A stretch of 64,000 bases of DNA from Minisyncoccota bacterium (GCA_031291875.1 JARLIE010000218.1:4979-68978); one strand, 5' to 3'. Positions 49,627-58,881 are shown, numbered from the stretch's first letter. Numbers and translations: made by a program. The notes: generated from the letters alone by a model not told the origin.

Positions 49627-51276
49627 ATGGCACTGCGCGATCGTTTGCAGCATCTCATCAAGGGCGACTGCGTCGATGATGCCGCGACGCTCGAAAAGTA
49701 CAGCCGCGACACAAGCATCTTCGAACGAAGGCCCGCGCTCGTCGTTTTTCCAAAAGACGCCGATGACGTCGCGACGGTCGTGAAGTTTGTGCACGAAGCG
49801 AAAGAAGCGGGCGAACACGTCTCACTCGCGGCAAGAAGCGCAGGCACCGACATGACCGGGGGCTCGCTCACCGATTCGGTCTCACTCGTCTTTACAAAAT
49901 ACATGAATCACATGGGTGAAATCGGCGAGGATTTCGCCGTTGCCGAGCCGGGCGTTTACTACCGCGATTTCGAAAAAGCGACGCTCGCGAAGAACGGCAA
50001 GCTTCTTCCCTCCTACCCTGCCTCGCGCGAGCTCTGCGCGATCGGTGGTATCGTTTCGAATAACTCGGGCGGAGAGCTCACACTCGGCTACGGCAAGACG
50101 AATCGCTACATTCGAGAACTCGACGTCGTGCTCTCGGACGGTTCAAAAACGTCGCTCAAGCCGATCTCGATCTACGAACTACCCGCGAAAGAACGCGAGC
50201 AAACACTCGAAGGCAAGATCTATCGTGAAATCCACAAACTTATCGACGAAAACACTGTCGAGATCGAGGCTGCACGGCCGACGGTCACAAAAAACTCCGC
50301 AGGCTACGCGCTCTGGAATGTTATCGATGAAGACAAAAAGACTTTCGATCTCACGCAGCTCGTGTGCGGTTCGCAAGGCACGCTCGCGCTCGTTACGCAG
50401 GCAAAACTAGGATTGGTAGAAACAAAAAAGCACCGCTCGATGCTCGTCATTTTCCTTTCCGATATTGAAATCCTACCCGAAATCGTACACCGCGTGCTCG
50501 CGTTTTCTCCCGAGAGCTTCGAGAGTTACGACGACCAGACCTTCAAGCTCGCGGTACGATTCATTCCGCAAATCATTTCGCAGCTCGGTATCGCACAAAT
50601 GATCTCGCTCGGATTCGCGTTTATCCCCGAACTCTGGGCTGTCATAACGGGTGGCGTTCCGAAGCTGGTGCTTATGGCGGAATTCGCCGCGGATGAGCCC
50701 GAGGATGCGAAAGAGGCGGCGGTCCAAGCGCGTGCGGCCTTGCACGGACTCCCGGTGCGCACCAAACTCGCTGCGAGCGAAGCGCAGTCGAAAAAGTACT
50801 GGACCATCAGGCGCGAGAGTTTCTCGCTTTTGCGCAAGAACTTGCGCGGATTGTATGCTTCCCCGTTCATCGACGACATCGTCGTGCATCCGGACGACTA
50901 TCCGAAATTCATCCCCGAGCTCAATGCGCTCCTTGCGCAACACCACCTGCTCTATACGATCGCCGGCCACATCGGCGATGGCAACTTTCACATCATCCCG
51001 CTGATGAACCTGGGCGATCCGCAGATGCGCAAAGAAATCCTGGAGCTTCAGCCGAAAGTCTACGCACTGGTTGCCAAATTCCATGGATCCTCAACCGGCG
51101 AGCATAACGACGGCATAATCAGAACACCGTACGTGCCGCTTATCTTCGGTGAAAAAATGACCGCGCTATTTTCTCAAGTTAAAGCCATTTTTGACCCGCT
51201 CGGGATTTTGAATCCGGGCAAAAAAGTCGGCGGCACGATGCAAGACATAGAGCGAAGCATGATCAAGAAGATGTAG
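49627..51276 (+). CDS. FAD-linked oxidase (PCMH-type FAD-binding; D-lactate dehydrogenase/GlcD-like)
   Basis: FAD_binding_4 N-terminal domain (VVFPKDADDV...RSAGTDMTGGS). C-terminal FAD-oxidase_C. Confidence 0.82.
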   Translation: MALRDRLQHLIKGDCVDDAATLEKYSRDTSIFERRPALVVFPKDADDVATVVKFVHEAKEAGEHVSLAARSAGTDMTGGSLTDSVSLVFTKYMNHMGEIGEDFAVAEPGVYYRDFEKATLAKNGKLLPSYPASRELCAIGGIVSNNSGGELTLGYGKTNRYIRELDVVLSDGSKTSLKPISIYELPAKEREQTLEGKIYREIHKLIDENTVEIEAARPTVTKNSAGYALWNVIDEDKKTFDLTQLVCGSQGTLALVTQAKLGLVETKKHRSMLVIFLSDIEILPEIVHRVLAFSPESFESYDDQTFKLAVRFIPQIISQLGIAQMISLGFAFIPELWAVITGGVPKLVLMAEFAADEPEDAKEAAVQARAALHGLPVRTKLAASEAQSKKYWTIRRESFSLLRKNLRGLYASPFIDDIVVHPDDYPKFIPELNALLAQHHLLYTIAGHIGDGNFHIIPLMNLGDPQMRKEILELQPKVYALVAKFHGSSTGEHNDGIIRTPYVPLIFGEKMTALFSQVKAIFDPLGILNPGKKVGGTMQDIERSMIKKM

Positions 51277-51321
51277 TCTTTGGTTCGCGAGAAGCGTGTC
51301 CTTTGGTATACTTCGGCGCGT

Positions 51322-51801
51322 ATGGCAAAAGAACACGACGCTTCCTTTCTATTGAAAGTTGTTCAACCTGCGCTCGCAGGGCTCATGGATGGTTCAGTTT
51401 CGACGCTCGCCCCGATCTTCGCGGCGGCGTTCGCTACCAAAGACACGCACACCGCGTTTCTTATCGGTCTTTCCGCGGCGGTCGGCGCGGGTATTTCGAT
51501 GGCGTTTGCAGAGGCACTCTCTGATACCGGCGAGCAGACTGGTCGCGGCCATCCGGTAATGCGCGGCGCGATCGTCGGCGGCATGACCTTCGTCGGTGGC
51601 ATCTTCCACACACTCCCGTTCTTAATTTCAGATTTCTATCTCGCGACCTCCCTCGCATTCGCGGTCGTCGGGATTGAACTCGTCGCGATCGCCTATATCC
51701 GCTACCACTATTTCAATATGCGTTTTTGGATGTCCGTGCTGCAAGTGGTTATCGGCGGCGCGCTCGTCCTTGGCGCCGGCCTTTTGATCGGCAATTCCTG
51801 A
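51322..51801 (+). CDS. VIT1/CCC1-family membrane protein
   Basis: VQPALAGLMDGSVSTLAPIF motif plus 3 further TM helices. Start trimmed to MAKEHD. Confidence 0.6.
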   Translation: MAKEHDASFLLKVVQPALAGLMDGSVSTLAPIFAAAFATKDTHTAFLIGLSAAVGAGISMAFAEALSDTGEQTGRGHPVMRGAIVGGMTFVGGIFHTLPFLISDFYLATSLAFAVVGIELVAIAYIRYHYFNMRFWMSVLQVVIGGALVLGAGLLIGNS

Positions 51802-51805
51802 TCAC

Positions 51806-52204
51806 CTATTTTAGGTGCTTTTCGGCTCCGCACTTGCACCCGTGCGGCTTGATGAATTCGTCGAAGTATTCCTCGCCGTAATCGATCGTTATTTCTTCGC
51901 CGGGAAAGATATCGCGCAGTGCGTAAAACATAATTCTATCGCCTTCCCCGAGCGCTTCCACGTTGGGTACGCACGCATGATTGACCCAGCGGCCCTGGTT
52001 CTCCTGCGTCTCGCCGTCGATCGTCCACTTCTCATCGATCTCGAAGAGGTAACGGCTGTCTGATTCGTCGGCAACCTTCGCCGGTATCTTCGTGCCGGTG
52101 TATTCGACGATAAAACCGCCTTGCTTGATCGGTTCGCGCGCAAAAAGTCCCCACCCCATGCCAGGAGATTCGCGTATTTCAAATCGTGGATCCATTTCTT
52201 TCAT
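51806..52204 (-). CDS. SET-domain protein (putative protein lysine methyltransferase) with post-SET Cys cluster
   Basis: GWGLFA, RWVNHACVPN (NHxCxPN), EEITIDYG (ELxxDY), C-terminal HGCKCGAEKH. Start trimmed to MKEMDP (ATG 52204). Confidence 0.7.
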   Translation of the reverse strand: MKEMDPRFEIRESPGMGWGLFAREPIKQGGFIVEYTGTKIPAKVADESDSRYLFEIDEKWTIDGETQENQGRWVNHACVPNVEALGEGDRIMFYALRDIFPGEEITIDYGEEYFDEFIKPHGCKCGAEKHLK

Positions 52205-52330
52205 GTCTTTTGTGCTGATAGTTTTAATGCATATGATGTAGAAAAACAACCTCACTCGCTGTGTAAAACACAAACGAGTGACCGCCGGCGTATCGTTTGC
52301 CGATTTTTTATTACGGGGCATACTAGTCGA

Positions 52331-53590
52331 ATGAACAAGCCGAGGGTCTCTACCGAACCTTACAAGGGCGTCCGCGATTTCTATCCGCAGGACCAGTTCT
52401 TCCAACGCTACCTGTTCGAACATATGGAGCGCGTTTGCGAGCTCTACGGGTACGAAGAATACAATGCAAGCGTTCTCGAACCTGCGGAATTATATCGCAG
52501 CAAAACAAGTGAGGAAATTTTAAACGAACAAACCTACACTTTCCAAGATCGGGGTGAACGCGAAGTCACGCTGCGCCCCGAAATGACCCCTACCCTCGCG
52601 CGTATGATCGCCGCGCGCTCGCGCGAAATTCCGATGCCGGCACGTTGGTATTCGGTACCGAACCTCTTTCGCTATGAACGATCCCAGCGCGGCCGTTTGC
52701 GCGAACACTGGCAGCTCAACGTCGATCTTGTTGGTGCTGAGGGTGTGGAAGCGGATGCCGAAATTATCGCCGTCGCGCACGGCATTTTGCGATCCCTCGG
52801 TGCCGACGAGCGCGATTTTGAAATCCGAGTTTCCGATCGCCGTATTCTCGATTCGGTATACGAATCCGTCGGTATCGCCAAAGAGTACGCCGCCCGAGTC
52901 ACCCGCCTGCTCGATCGTCGCGCCAAAATCGACGACTTCGAAAAGCAGCTCACTGAAATGATCAAGCACGAAGAGAAAGCGGCCGAACTCATCGCCGAGC
53001 TCGAGCGCATCACCTCGACGAAATATCTCGAAGACCTCCGGGTGCAGCTGCAGCACATGGGTGTGAGCAATATGGTTGTCGACACTTCGATCACGCGTGG
53101 TTTCGACTATTACACCGGTATGATCTTCGAAATCTTCGATACCAATTCGAAAAACCCACGCGCTTTGATGGGCGGCGGTCGGTACGACAACCTACTTTCG
53201 ATGTTCGGCTCGGATCCGATCCCGGCGGTCGGTTTCGGCATGGGCGATGTTACCGCTCGCGATTTCCTCGAAACACACAACCTCTTGCCGAACTACGCGC
53301 CCGCAACGGAACTCATGATCTGCGTCGTCGAAAAAACAGCTTCTCAGCATGCGATCGCGCTCGCGCAGGATTTGCGGCGTCAGGATATTGCCGTCGCCGT
53401 AAACTTTTCCGGGAAGCGCGTCGGCGACCAAATTCGTGATGCCGACAAAATGAAAATCCCCTTCGTGATCGTCGTCGGTGAAAAGGAGCGCGACTCCGGC
53501 CGCTACTCACTCAAGAATCTCGAAAGCGGCAACGAAACAGTGCTGTCTGCCGATAGAATCGCGGAACATCTTTTCTCCGCGCTTGAATAA
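52331..53590 (+). CDS. hisS: histidyl-tRNA synthetase
   Basis: Class II motifs, including TLRPEMT and RYERSQRGRLREHWQ. C-terminal anticodon-binding domain. Start trimmed to MNKPRV (ATG 52331). Confidence 0.92.
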   Translation: MNKPRVSTEPYKGVRDFYPQDQFFQRYLFEHMERVCELYGYEEYNASVLEPAELYRSKTSEEILNEQTYTFQDRGEREVTLRPEMTPTLARMIAARSREIPMPARWYSVPNLFRYERSQRGRLREHWQLNVDLVGAEGVEADAEIIAVAHGILRSLGADERDFEIRVSDRRILDSVYESVGIAKEYAARVTRLLDRRAKIDDFEKQLTEMIKHEEKAAELIAELERITSTKYLEDLRVQLQHMGVSNMVVDTSITRGFDYYTGMIFEIFDTNSKNPRALMGGGRYDNLLSMFGSDPIPAVGFGMGDVTARDFLETHNLLPNYAPATELMICVVEKTASQHAIALAQDLRRQDIAVAVNFSGKRVGDQIRDADKMKIPFVIVVGEKERDSGRYSLKNLESGNETVLSADRIAEHLFSALE

Positions 53591-53608
53591 TTTGCTATAC
53601 TCGCGTGC

Positions 53609-54184
53609 ATGCGAGTGATCACCTTCGACATCGAGACCGCCAATTGGCTCGGAGAAAACGGCGTTGACGACATCACCGGGCTGCAGATTGCCGTCGTCGG
53701 GGTTCATGATTCCGAAACCGATTCGTACCGCTGCTACCTTGAGCCGGAGTTGCCACAACTCTGGCCAATCATCGAGCGTTCAGACATGCTCGTCGGCTAC
53801 AACTCAGACCATTTCGATATTCCCCTTTTGAACAAATACTATCCGGGTGATCTTTCCCGTATTAAGTCACTCGATCTTATGGTTGAGGTTTACAACACAC
53901 TCGGCAAACGACTTAGACTCGATACTATCGCCGAAGGAACGCTTGGTCAGGGCAAATCAGGCGACGGCTCGAAATCGCTCGTATGGTGGCGCGCCGGCGA
54001 AGTCGAAAAGGTAAAGTCGTACTGTTTGAAGGATGTCGAACTTACGCGAAAGATATTCGATTACGCCCTCAAAAACGGCTCGGTCAAATACAAGGAACTC
54101 GGAACGATCCGTGAAATAAAGCTGGACGTTTCCAAATGGATGCAGCCGAAAAGCGCCGCAATGACGTTTTCAATGGGTTTTTAG
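53609..54184 (+). CDS. DEDD-type 3'-5' exonuclease (RNase H-like fold)
   Basis: Exo I FDIET. Exo II YNSDHFDIPLL. Exo III YCLKDVELT. Confidence 0.6.
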   Translation: MRVITFDIETANWLGENGVDDITGLQIAVVGVHDSETDSYRCYLEPELPQLWPIIERSDMLVGYNSDHFDIPLLNKYYPGDLSRIKSLDLMVEVYNTLGKRLRLDTIAEGTLGQGKSGDGSKSLVWWRAGEVEKVKSYCLKDVELTRKIFDYALKNGSVKYKELGTIREIKLDVSKWMQPKSAAMTFSMGF

Positions 54185-54209
54185 GCAATCGAACTTTTGC
54201 GAATCTCTT

Positions 54210-54286
54210 TGGTGCCTGGGGCCAGATTCGCACTGGCGACCCTTCGCTCTTCAGGCGAATGCTCTAACTAACTGAGCTACCCAGGC
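54210..54286 (-). tRNA. tRNA-Phe (anticodon GAA), CCA encoded
   Basis: Manual cloverleaf: acceptor GCCTGGG/CCCAGGC. Anticodon loop CT-GAA-GA. T-loop TGCGAAT. 3' ACCA. Confidence 0.85.
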
Positions 54287-54329
54287 AGGAAAAAATACTC
54301 TATCACAAACTTACCCGATCTTCATCCTC

Positions 54330-54656
54330 CTAGTGTGTCGGCGTCGACGAGGCGGCTCCGAACCTCGCTTCAAGCTGCTGGAGCTGATTCAATGCGTTTT
54401 GAATGCCCTGGAACTGGCCTTGTGCCTGCGGATTGACGGCTTCGAACTGTTGCATGGTCTTGAGCATCTCCTCGACGGCGCCATTGAGGTAGGTCATATA
54501 AAACCAGATCGGTGCGATCAAAAGCGCTGCGTAAATGATGAATTTAACAAACCCCCAGAAGAAGGCGCTCCGGCGGGCGCGATGCGCCATTTCGTTGTTT
54601 TCTTTGGTGAGACGGTAGATTTCGCGCAACAATTGCTCATTTGTCTGCGGTTCCAT
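54330..54656 (-). CDS. hypothetical single-TM protein with Q-rich coiled-coil tail
   Basis: 108-aa ORF between two tRNA genes. Confidence 0.4.
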   Translation of the reverse strand: MEPQTNEQLLREIYRLTKENNEMAHRARRSAFFWGFVKFIIYAALLIAPIWFYMTYLNGAVEEMLKTMQQFEAVNPQAQGQFQGIQNALNQLQQLEARFGAASSTPTH

Positions 54657-54681
54657 GAGGCTATAGTATCATGCGCGAATC

Positions 54682-54753
54682 GCCCCCATAGCTCAATGGA
54701 TAGAGCAGTCCCGTCCTAAGGGAAAGATGTGAGTTCGATTCTTGCTGGGGGCA
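54682..54753 (+). tRNA. tRNA-Arg (anticodon CCU)
   Basis: Acceptor GCCCCCA/TGGGGGC. D-arm GCTC/GAGC. Anticodon loop GT-CCT-AA with one mismatch at the stem base. T-loop TTCGATT. Confidence 0.72.
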
Positions 54754-54937
54754 CATGGCTGAACTATGCGAACTGCTTCGCATAGTTCTGTACCTGTGCC
54801 GGGCGGAGCGCTGTTTCGCCAGCAGGCGAAACTAGCGAGCCGGGGTCGCAGAAATCTCTTCGCTGGCGAAGAGATTATCTGTGACCACATGACACTAAGC
54901 ATAAACTGCCACCTATAAAATATGCGAGAATATCCCA

Positions 54938-56137
54938 ATGGCGGTCAAAGTCCGTTCGAAATACACGTGGCTTCCCTTTTTCTCTGCGAGCGACGAAATA
55001 TTCTGGCTCAAAGCGATCGTCGCGATTGGATTTGCTTTCGCGTTCCTCATGACGATCAACCTCTGGCTGAACGTCCGATCGTATCCACTTGCGCCCGCAA
55101 TCCAAGGACTTCCCTTGATCGGCCACCCGTTCGACATCCTCTTGTTCGCCACACTCCTACTGCTGCTCGGATGCGTCTTCGTCGCGGCACGACCACGGCC
55201 CTATATTTGGGCGTTTCTCGCGATACTCGCCCTCCTTTGCCTATACGACCAAAACCGATGGCAACCGTACATCTTCATGTATGCGTTCCTCTTTGCTGCG
55301 CTCGGCGCGTATTCCTGGAAAAGCAATGATGCTGCGGGAAAGTCCCGCGCGCTGAATACCGCAAGATTCATCGTCGCGAGCACCTATCTCTATTCGGGAG
55401 TGCAGAAAATGAACCCGGGTTTTGTGCACGAGGTTTGGCCCTGGCTTTTGTCGCCGCTCACGCACGCCTATCCCTCCTTTGCCGCTCCCGTGCTTATGCT
55501 CGCATACGTCGCACCGCTCGTGCAGGTCGGATTCGGTATTGGTCTTCTCAGCAAGCGCTTCCGTAAGCAGGCGCTCATACTCGCGGTACTCATGCACGTA
55601 TTTATTCTTGCAATGATCGGCCCGTGGGCACTCGACTGGAACACCGTCGTCTGGCCTTGGACAATAGCAATGGTGTGCTTCGACCTCATTCTTTTCGGCG
55701 GCGTCGACGATTTCTCCTACCGTGACATTCTTTCACCAGGTAATTCGGCACTACACTGGATCGTCCTGCTGCTCTTCGGAATCATGCCGATTGCGAGTTT
55801 TTTCAATCTCTGGGATTCGGATCTCTCCGCAGCGCTCTACACCGGTAATCTCACGCAGGGCTACGTTCACGTGAGCACCATCGGAAAAGCCGAACTACCC
55901 GCAAGCGTCCAGCAGTACGCGATTTCTGACGGCACCAACGACTACGTCCTACCGATCAAGAGCTGGGCGCTCGGCGACATGAACGCGATCGAATATCCGG
56001 AAACCCGAGTCTTCAAAACGATCGGCGCATCGTTGTGCTCGCAAATGAGCGATCCAACACAACTCATCCTGGTTATACAAGAAGCCCGCCTCTTCAGGAG
56101 CGGCGGGCTACTTGAGTTTCGCTGTAATCAGCTTTAG
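54938..56137 (+). CDS. polytopic membrane protein (HTTM/MauE/DoxX-like)
   Basis: About 9 predicted TM helices. Family assignment tentative. Confidence 0.5.
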   Translation: MAVKVRSKYTWLPFFSASDEIFWLKAIVAIGFAFAFLMTINLWLNVRSYPLAPAIQGLPLIGHPFDILLFATLLLLLGCVFVAARPRPYIWAFLAILALLCLYDQNRWQPYIFMYAFLFAALGAYSWKSNDAAGKSRALNTARFIVASTYLYSGVQKMNPGFVHEVWPWLLSPLTHAYPSFAAPVLMLAYVAPLVQVGFGIGLLSKRFRKQALILAVLMHVFILAMIGPWALDWNTVVWPWTIAMVCFDLILFGGVDDFSYRDILSPGNSALHWIVLLLFGIMPIASFFNLWDSDLSAALYTGNLTQGYVHVSTIGKAELPASVQQYAISDGTNDYVLPIKSWALGDMNAIEYPETRVFKTIGASLCSQMSDPTQLILVIQEARLFRSGGLLEFRCNQL

Positions 56138-56140
56138 GAA

Positions 56141-56389
56141 TTACGCGACGACGTGGAGAAGCTCGCGCAAACGGTCTTCATCGAAGCCGATGACCAATTC
56201 GCCGCCGACGTCGATAACCGGGACGCCCATCTGGCCACTCTTTTGGATCATTTCCTGGCGCTTTGTGAGATCGCTTGCAACGTTGTAGTCGGTGAATTGA
56301 ATGTGATTCTCCGTGAAGAAATCCTTCGCCGCGTGACAGAAGTGGCACGTGGGGGTCGAATAAATAGTTACTTGTTTTTGGTCCTCCAT
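56141..56389 (-). CDS. glutaredoxin-like protein (NrdH/YruB type)
   Basis: 82 aa with CHFC active site (TIYSTPTCHFCHAAK) and GVPVI motif. Confidence 0.8.
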   Translation of the reverse strand: MEDQKQVTIYSTPTCHFCHAAKDFFTENHIQFTDYNVASDLTKRQEMIQKSGQMGVPVIDVGGELVIGFDEDRLRELLHVVA

Positions 56390-56427
56390 ACGCTAAGGAT
56401 TGATCTTAGTAAGATGAGACGATTATA

Positions 56428-57012
56428 TCACGCCTTGATTCGCGCGGCCTTGAGCGCATTGCCCCACCAGGCAAGCTGTTCAAGCAGCGCCTTCGCACGA
56501 TCCACATACGGGGCAAACGCCTGCGCCGGGGCCGTACCCTGGCCGATAGCTATCACGGCGTCATACGTCATATGAACCGCGTTGCGAATCGGCGCCAACT
56601 GCAGCTCGATAGCAACCTCACGCAGCTGTTCAATGGCTCGAGCTCCGCCTGCACTTCCGTAGGCGACGAACGCAACGGGCTTATTGTTCCATTCCTGGTA
56701 CACCCAATCCATGGCGTTCTTAAGCACAGCCGTGTAGCCATGGTTGTATTCCGCGACGGTAATGATATAGGCGTCCGCTTCGGCGATCTTCGCGGTCAAC
56801 TTCACCACATTGGGCTCGTTGTACGGCTTCGTCTTATAACTCGGTGTCTCCTGCTGATCGAAGAACGGGATCGGGTAGTCACGAAGATCAAGAATTTCGA
56901 TATCCATGTCTGCACGCTCTTTTGCGAGCTCCGCAATCCAGGCTGCCGGCTTGTCGCCAAAACGGCCTTCACGCGTCGAACCGATAATGACCTTTACTTT
57001 GAGCTTATCCAT
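56428..57012 (-). CDS. NADPH-dependent FMN reductase (flavodoxin-like fold)
   Basis: VIIGSTREGRFG P-loop-like FMN phosphate site. Start trimmed to MDKLKV (ATG 57012). Confidence 0.85.
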   Translation of the reverse strand: MDKLKVKVIIGSTREGRFGDKPAAWIAELAKERADMDIEILDLRDYPIPFFDQQETPSYKTKPYNEPNVVKLTAKIAEADAYIITVAEYNHGYTAVLKNAMDWVYQEWNNKPVAFVAYGSAGGARAIEQLREVAIELQLAPIRNAVHMTYDAVIAIGQGTAPAQAFAPYVDRAKALLEQLAWWGNALKAARIKA

Positions 57013-57089
57013 ATGAGTATTGGTGACCGAATAGGAGTCCATTGTACGCGCACTACTTTACTTTGTAAAGTAAACAGCGTTGTGGTAGG

Positions 57090-57425
57090 GTGGGGATATC
57101 TATGCAGCACACCGACAAATCATGTCCTGTCGGGAAGGTGGCGACCCTTGTGGGAGACCCTTGTTCCCTGCTTATCGTTCGAGACCTTCTCGAGGGTCCT
57201 CGACGATTCGGCGAACTTGAAAACTCTCTCGGAAGCTCCACCCGCACGCTCGCCAAGAAACTCAAGGTGCTCGAGCACGAAAAGATCATCGCTCGCAAAG
57301 AGGCGCCCGCTGCCGCCGGCAAGGATTCACCCGCCTGCGTCAAATATACGCTCACCAAGAAGGGCTCCGCGCTCAAGCCGACCATCGACGCAATGCGAGT
57401 TTTCGGCGCTAAATACTTACGCTAG
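57090..57425 (+). CDS. HxlR-family winged-helix transcriptional regulator
   Basis: CPVGKVATLVGDPCSLLIVRDLLEGPRRFGEL signature. Divergent from the FMN reductase. Confidence 0.85.
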   Translation: MGISMQHTDKSCPVGKVATLVGDPCSLLIVRDLLEGPRRFGELENSLGSSTRTLAKKLKVLEHEKIIARKEAPAAAGKDSPACVKYTLTKKGSALKPTIDAMRVFGAKYLR

Positions 57426-57483
57426 TGATGCAACGCGCCCTCGCGTTTGAAGGCCGTTCGAACGCGTAGTATTCTTACGCGAC

Positions 57484-58515
57484 ATGGCTACCAACGATCC
57501 GCTCGTATACGACGAGACGAAGAATTCTACCGGTTTTACCATCACATTCACTCCCCTTTCCGCAGAGCAATTCGAGGTCCGCGCTTCCCAGGAGGGGCAG
57601 CAAAACATCTCCGCGACATTTTCCAGCCGACGCATCGACGAGGCGCATATTTTATATATGGAATCCACCGAGCTACTGCGTTCGCGCGCAAAGATCCGCC
57701 AAACACCCGAAGAGATTCGGCGAGCGGAAGAAGTGCTCTTTGCGATGTTCCGAGGCGAGAAGGTCTCTGCCGAGACAATCGCTTCTGTCTCAGCACCGCG
57801 CGTCGATTCCCCTGTCGGAGCGCCGGTCAATAAACCGATCGACGTCGACGGCACTCGCTATGATCGCCTCCTCGTAAAGACTCGTCTTATTACCCTGGAC
57901 GACAAAGACCTGCTCCCGATCATCGAGCAATACGCAGGTCCACACATTCTGCCGGGCGACACGCTCTATGTGAGCGAAAAAGCGCTCACCATATCGCAAG
58001 GACGCGTTATCGACACATCGCTGATCACACCATCTTGGCTCGCCTACCTTTTCGCACGCAATGTCAGCAACTACTACGGCACAGCTGAGTTCCGCGGCTT
58101 CGGCCACGGTACGCCGCTCGCGATGCAGCTCTTAATCGAAGAAGCCGGCTACCCACGCGTGATCTTTGCGGCTTTTGTTTCGGCGATCACACGCCCTTTC
58201 GGCATCCGTGGCGCGTTCTATTACCTCTGCGGCAAGAGCGCCAAATCGGTCGACTTGCCGATGTCGTTTCTCATCCTCGAGTACGCGCACGCTGCCAAAT
58301 TGGCGCCGAAAAATCCGAGCGCGGAAGCGAAGCGCTTTAAGGCAAAACTCGGCTGCGAGGTCGTCATTCTCGACGCCAATTACCGAGGCGCCTTCAGCCT
58401 CGGCAAATCCACCAGCGCGATTTCCGAAAGCTTCATCAACAAACTCTTCAAGGGCAACCCTATGGGTCAATCCGACGAGATGACGCCGTTTTGCATCGTA
58501 CGCAAAACATCATAA
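57484..58515 (+). CDS. hypothetical protein, C-terminal domain possibly CofE/F420-0:gamma-glutamyl ligase-like
   Basis: Weak motif resemblance (PGDTLYVSEKALTISQGR. Later DANYRG). About 110-aa N-terminal extension. Confidence 0.35.
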   Translation: MATNDPLVYDETKNSTGFTITFTPLSAEQFEVRASQEGQQNISATFSSRRIDEAHILYMESTELLRSRAKIRQTPEEIRRAEEVLFAMFRGEKVSAETIASVSAPRVDSPVGAPVNKPIDVDGTRYDRLLVKTRLITLDDKDLLPIIEQYAGPHILPGDTLYVSEKALTISQGRVIDTSLITPSWLAYLFARNVSNYYGTAEFRGFGHGTPLAMQLLIEEAGYPRVIFAAFVSAITRPFGIRGAFYYLCGKSAKSVDLPMSFLILEYAHAAKLAPKNPSAEAKRFKAKLGCEVVILDANYRGAFSLGKSTSAISESFINKLFKGNPMGQSDEMTPFCIVRKTS

Positions 58516-58568
58516 TTTCTTGATGTATTTTTTAAAGAAGCGTGAACGTTAGAGAGACATACTACCGA

Positions 58569-58630
58569 GGTCTTGGGAGCAAAGTGCGGAGGTCGAATTG
58601 ACCTTCGATACCTTTGGAGGTGCAAGTCCT
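58569..58630 (+). ncRNA. candidate structured RNA (multi-hairpin element closed by a 10-bp perfect stem)
   Basis: GTCTTGGGAG...CTCCCAAGAC enclose internal hairpins CGGAGGTC-gaatt-GACCTTCG and GGAGG-tgcaagt-CCTTC. No convincing CDS. Next to tRNA-Gly. Confidence 0.25.
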
Positions 58631-58795
58631 TCTCCCAAGACGTTCGCAAAATCGTTTTGACAATAGATACTGAGACGGTATCGTTATGGATGAAATCTCA
58701 CAGATTTCTGGTCTTGGGAGGCACTATGCCGAAGAATACGCCGTCCAAAAGGTCGGCGTTTTCTTTTTGCGATATTCAAAAAACGAAAGCGCCTC

Positions 58796-58869
58796 TGGTG
58801 CGGGATACGAGAATCGAACTCGTGCTTACTGCTTGGGAAGCAGCCGTCCTGCCATTAAACGAATCCCGC
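58796..58869 (-). tRNA. tRNA-Gly (anticodon CCC), CCA encoded
   Basis: Acceptor GCGGGAT/ATCCCGC. Anticodon loop TT-CCC-AA. T-arm ACGAG-TTCGATT-CTCGT. 3' ACCA. Confidence 0.8.
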
Positions 58870-58881
58870 TAAGCGAGACAA

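Noticed and set aside
52121-52330. Upstream extension of hisS ORF (overlapping the SET gene antisense)
   Set aside because: The HisRS N-terminus MNKPRVSTEPYKGVRDF is canonical. The extension overlaps the convergent SET gene.
58573-58872. 99-aa plus-strand ORF
   Set aside because: It overlaps the minus-strand tRNA-Gly and the structured-RNA candidate. Composition is non-coding-like.
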